Translations under genes and position numbers: made by a program
Shown: positions 59,464 to 64,000 of the stretch, one piece after another
Numbering within the stretch: the stretch's first letter is position 1
How the letters are laid out: each line of letters opens with the position of its first letter
Origin: Schmidtea polychroa
Taxonomy: Eukaryota
DNA: 64,000 bases
Assembly (NCBI GenBank): GCA_044892525.1
Contig: CM097885.1
Coordinates: 42,844,001 to 42,908,000 of the forward strand
Reading direction: 5' to 3'
Notes under the pieces: generated by a model
What the model saw: the letters and a program-made list of their open reading frames with translations, nothing else
Told to the model about the DNA's origin: nothing
Database searches by the model: none

Positions 59464-60987
59464 AATATAGATATATAGAACATTATAAATATTTATATTC
59501 AATAGAAAAAAGGCAGTGCCGATAATTTGTGAATATCAAAAATATTCATTTATTATTGATTTATAGTCTTCAAGATCTTTTTAATAAATAAGATTATAAA
59601 AGAATAATTAATAATGAAGTTTATAAACGTTGATATTCTAGTAATTATTTTAATTCTTACTACTGCAGGTAAATTTAGAATTATAAAAATTAAAAATACT
59701 GCTAAATCTTCTTACAAGTCGGATTTCGGATTTTATCATAATATTTTTAATAATTACTTAATTAATTTATTTAAAACCAAACATTAATTAACATTTTGTA
59801 TTTTTATTTTAATTTTTGGGACATAATATTTAATAATTATTTTAATGGGATATATGATTCTAGTAGTCATGAAATTATAGAAACAGCCGTATAAAATAAA
59901 TTCTGTATTTTATTAAGTATTTAATATTACTTAAAAACGTATGTACAAATTCATTTAACATGAAAAAAGTGCATTTCAGTTGGTCTAGCGAACAATTTTG
60001 ATTCTCTTTTCAGTTGATGTCTTTTTAAAATGTATACCTTTTATTAGATTTTTGAATATGTTACTTGAATTACGGATTTGGGTGGGAGAGGTTGACAAAT
60101 ATAACATAAGTTACAATATTAATCAAAAACATAAAAAACTGGTTAAATTATTTTTTAAATGTATTTTATTCAAAACATTCAAATTAAAACAAATTAAATA
60201 ATAAAATCATTTTTATGAAAATCATTGATTCAATTTTTGAGTAAACTGAAATAGGAATTAAAAAACTAAAGTTTAAGTTTCATTTTGGGTTTATAAAAGG
60301 TTTCTTAAAAAAGTGAAAGTTCTCAATGTTTTATCATTGAATTTTTGTCTGAAATTCTTCTGCAGAGGATGAAACTTGATAGGGTCACCCATTTCATCGG
60401 AATCAAATGCATTTGAATCTATTTCTGGTGTAACTTAACCAGTTAGTTAGGATAGAATTATTTTGTTAATGTCTGTTTTCCAGTGTTTACATTTTGCGTC
60501 TAATTCACTTTTCAGAATAAACGTGATTCTCTTTTACTAGGAGCTATATAGGGAGCATCTTCTTCAAAACTCAAAAATTTAATTCTATTGGGTTCGTTCT
60601 TTATTTCATTCTTATTATCATATACGTATATCATATACATCCGATACGTTATTATCTCATTTTTCGTCCTTTATTTTGACAAGTTTTTAAGCATTTAAAG
60701 ATTTTTCTGATTTCCCTTTATAATAACAACATTACATAATTAGATATAAAATAAAATCAGTTGTTTATAGAATTTGTATAATAAATTTCTTGAAGTAAGC
60801 CATAAATTTTATGTGTTTTAAATGACTAACTAAAATATTATTTTGAGTCAAATTAACTCATAACCGTATCAAAATGGATTGAACATTCGACAATGTTAAA
60901 CGAAGAAAAGAGCGGGAGGAAATATTGTGATTTAGAAATATATTCTACTATGTAACTAAAAACCAGAGTTTCTTTAGAAAAAATATA

Positions 60988-61547
60988 CTGTAAAATCCCG
61001 AGTATAAGCTGCAGCGCGTATTAGCTGCACCATTTGCGTTGAAAACACATGATTTTAAAATCAGCAACCTATCATTAAAAAACAAATTTCACCGTTACAA
61101 TAACCATTTTGTTTTAATCTTTTACATTGTTTACATTGTTTATTGCACTGTTTGAATCCTTGATTAAAATGGATAACGATTCTGAACAAAAACAAAAGAA
61201 ACAACGAAGATCTTTTAGTTCAGCAAAGAAAAAAGAAGTTATTGATTTAGCTCGTCAGTTAGGAAACATACGGGAGGTTGCAAGACGATATGATATTAAT
61301 GAAACTATTATTCGACGATGGATCGCCCAAGAGTCTGTTATCAAAACAATGAATCTAAATCGAAGATCTTTGCGTGGTGTTAACGCTAGATATCCGGAAT
61401 TGGAAACGAAATTACACGAATGGATCCTAATTCAACGTGAACGAGAACTTCAAGTGTCGGTTGTTCGAATTCGTTTACAGGCATAAGTAATTGCCAAAGA
61501 GATGAAAAGAGATGAAAGAGATGCAGCTTATACTCGGGATTTTACAG
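60988..61547 (+). mobile_element. Internally deleted pogo/Tigger-type DNA transposon (560 bp)
   Basis: Perfect 26-bp TIRs CTGTAAAATCCCGAGTATAAGCTGCA with TA duplications on both sides. Confidence 0.93.
61169..61486 (+). CDS. pogo transposase N-terminal DNA-binding region only (two HTH domains, CENP-B-like), 105 aa
   Basis: RRSFSSAKKKEVI..NIREVARRYDINETIIRRW and ARYPELETKLHEWI..RERELQVS..IRLQA. The DDE domain is deleted. Confidence 0.75.
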   Translation: MDNDSEQKQKKQRRSFSSAKKKEVIDLARQLGNIREVARRYDINETIIRRWIAQESVIKTMNLNRRSLRGVNARYPELETKLHEWILIQRERELQVSVVRIRLQA

Positions 61548-62349
61548 TAATAAAAAAATAATAAAATGATATACCAATCTAATTTTATATATTTTCCAGA
61601 TTATTTAATTGCTCTAGTAAAATTGTGGTTGAAATTAAATTATAAGCTAAACGTTTACCAAATAAATGTCATTGAAAACTCGTTTTGTCGACGAGAAGTT
61701 TTAGGAACATATATATTTATTATAAGAACTTTTATTTCTTCCAATTTCACCACTGATTATTTATTCCATTGAATATATTAAAAAGAGAGTTTGAAAACTA
61801 TAAATTAGTAATATATCAACAAACATCGATATATTACTGATATATTACAAACTCTCTTTTTAATATATATAAATACGGACTTGAAAGAATTAATTTAAAT
61901 ATAGATAGAAAGTTCAAAAACGAAAAAAAACATTTTAATAAATATCTAACATTTGTAATCACTTCTATGTTTAGTGCAAACACTAATATTTAAAAATATA
62001 CACGTAAAAAATAAAAACTTAAAAAATATTTCATCTTTGAAATTTCATGAAAATTTTGTAAGCCAAAATGCTTATTAATATAATCAAATATTTAATTATA
62101 TGTTTCTTTACAATGTAAATCATCATCAGATTATTCGAAATTACAAAATTACAGTATTATCATTTTCAAGGTTATATTTTGTATCTGGTACAACTATTCG
62201 TGAATTTTTGTAATTAAGATTTTTGTTTATTTGGTGAAAAATAAGAAATCATTAAAATAAAAGAAAATATATAATGAGGACGAAAAATATATAACAGTAT
62301 TTATAATCATAATTATTAATTTTATATATTATTAAAAATTATAATAAAT

Positions 62350-62411
<62 letters not shown>

Positions 62412-62414
62412 ATT

Positions 62415-62455
<41 letters not shown>

Positions 62456-64000
62456 ATTATATATAATTTATTGAGCAAGAAGAATTTTAATTTATTCAAA
62501 AGAAAAACACATTATCACAACAATAGAAAAAAAATTAATGTATGAGTAGAAAAATTAAATTCCTTCAATGTTTATTTTAATTTTTTGAGAAATATTTAAA
62601 ATTAATTATTTTTCAATTTTAATAAAAATTCGAAAAATAGTAATAGAAAAACAATTCCAATCAATTAAAACAAGAAACCGTCATTTATGAGATTCTGTAT
62701 AGAGATAATCGTACCAAATGACAGGTTCGCATAGAGAGGCATTATTTTGAGTTTGATTTACCATTGTCGCGTGTATCATTTACTATATTTACTCAATTTG
62801 ACAAAATGTATATCAGTAAATAATGGAATATGGGATATTCTTGCATATTCTGCAATGACAGTGAATTGAAACCTAGATTGGATATTTTATTTCTTTTTTT
62901 AGATTGTTTATTTAAGCTAAATATTTCTGTTATTTTTAATGATTTAAATATTTTTTCTAAAATTAAATTTTATCTTCAAAATAAATTGTCTAAATTTGCG
63001 CGTGAATGACAATATTGCTAACATTCAAATTGTAAATTGTATATATTTTTACAAATGTCTGTAATTCAATGGTTTCCTGGATTTTTGTAGTCAAAATTAC
63101 ATATTTTATTGCTTTAACAGATTTGAAAAACTCCAGTGTTTTAGCTCTATGTTAATTTTCGATAAATAAGATGATTTTCAGAAATAAAGATATCGTATAA
63201 CATTGAAAAAAAATTGAAAGTGAGAGAGATCAGTAATAATAGAATTGAAAAAATAACATGCATTGTTGGATTGTTGAATCTCGCAAAGACAGAAACAATG
63301 TCAGAGATTACAGAAGTACATAAGAAAGATAAAGTTTTTCAAAAAACTTGTAAATTTCTTTAAAATAAAAATGTTTTACAGAGTAAAGAACAACATTTAT
63401 TTTTTTCAAATAAAGAATCTGATAAAACTTTACCTTGAAATATAATTGTAGTAATAGAACAAGTTTCGAATAATTTTATGATAATCCTTGAAAATGATTA
63501 TGTAAATTATATATCAAGGAGTTAAGACTGCTTTGTTAACTAGATCAGTGGTGCTTATAGTGAGAATTATTTCAATAAATTTTACTTGATGAGGTCGAAT
63601 AATATTTTATTTAAAGAAGTGAGTAGTAGTCCGAAAATGTTTGCGCATCACTGATTTAGATAACAAAGGTTTCAAGCATTTTAGGTTGGGAACTTTAGGA
63701 CATACAGTTAAAACAAGCAATGTTTATACAGAAAGAGAACAAAAAATAATAATTAATTTCATTTGAAAACTCGAAGTTTCTCGAAAAAACTGTCGAGAAT
63801 TATTGTTTCAATTTTTGGGTTTGAGCGTGTGTGCTCTTTTTTGTTGTTTTTATCGCATCTGTGTGCGCGTATATAATTGGGTTTTTTTATCGTGTCTGTG
63901 TGCACATTTGTTTCTTAAATTGTTGGTATTAAATCGATTTTCTAGTTTTATTGTGCCAATATTCTTCTGGATTTTGATTAATAAAATTTGAATTGTTAAA

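Noticed and set aside
62760..62875. Candidate upstream exon of the ZP gene (AG..GT bounded)
   Set aside because: All three frames contain stops.

Overview
This is very AT-rich eukaryotic DNA with many (AAT)n tracts and short GT-AG introns. It is most consistent with a planarian or other flatworm genome, which is inferred rather than proven. I reconstructed one host gene by hand: 11 phase-compatible minus-strand exons (13120-56371, 5' end not found) encoding Cys-rich EGF-like modules, a ZP domain, a TM helix and a tail. Its introns and flanks hold decayed mobile DNA: BEL/Pao, Gypsy, Penelope-like fragments, MULE, R2, piggyBac, pogo and hAT. Bases 1-7091 look like the right arm of a Maverick/Polinton-like element. 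The best candidates for novelty are three. (1) A BEL/Pao element has a ubiquitin domain with an altered LGLAGG tail fused to the N-terminus of Gag, and its 5' LTR contains an intronless gamma-COP (coatomer) N-terminal fragment. (2) An R2 5' end with a 28S-target remnant and an HDV-like ribozyme fold lies outside rDNA, inside a MULE terminal repeat. (3) The putative Maverick arm carries dispersed palindromic cassettes and a spliced, BIR-less IAP-type RING gene. All family calls come from manual motif recognition; no database search was run.
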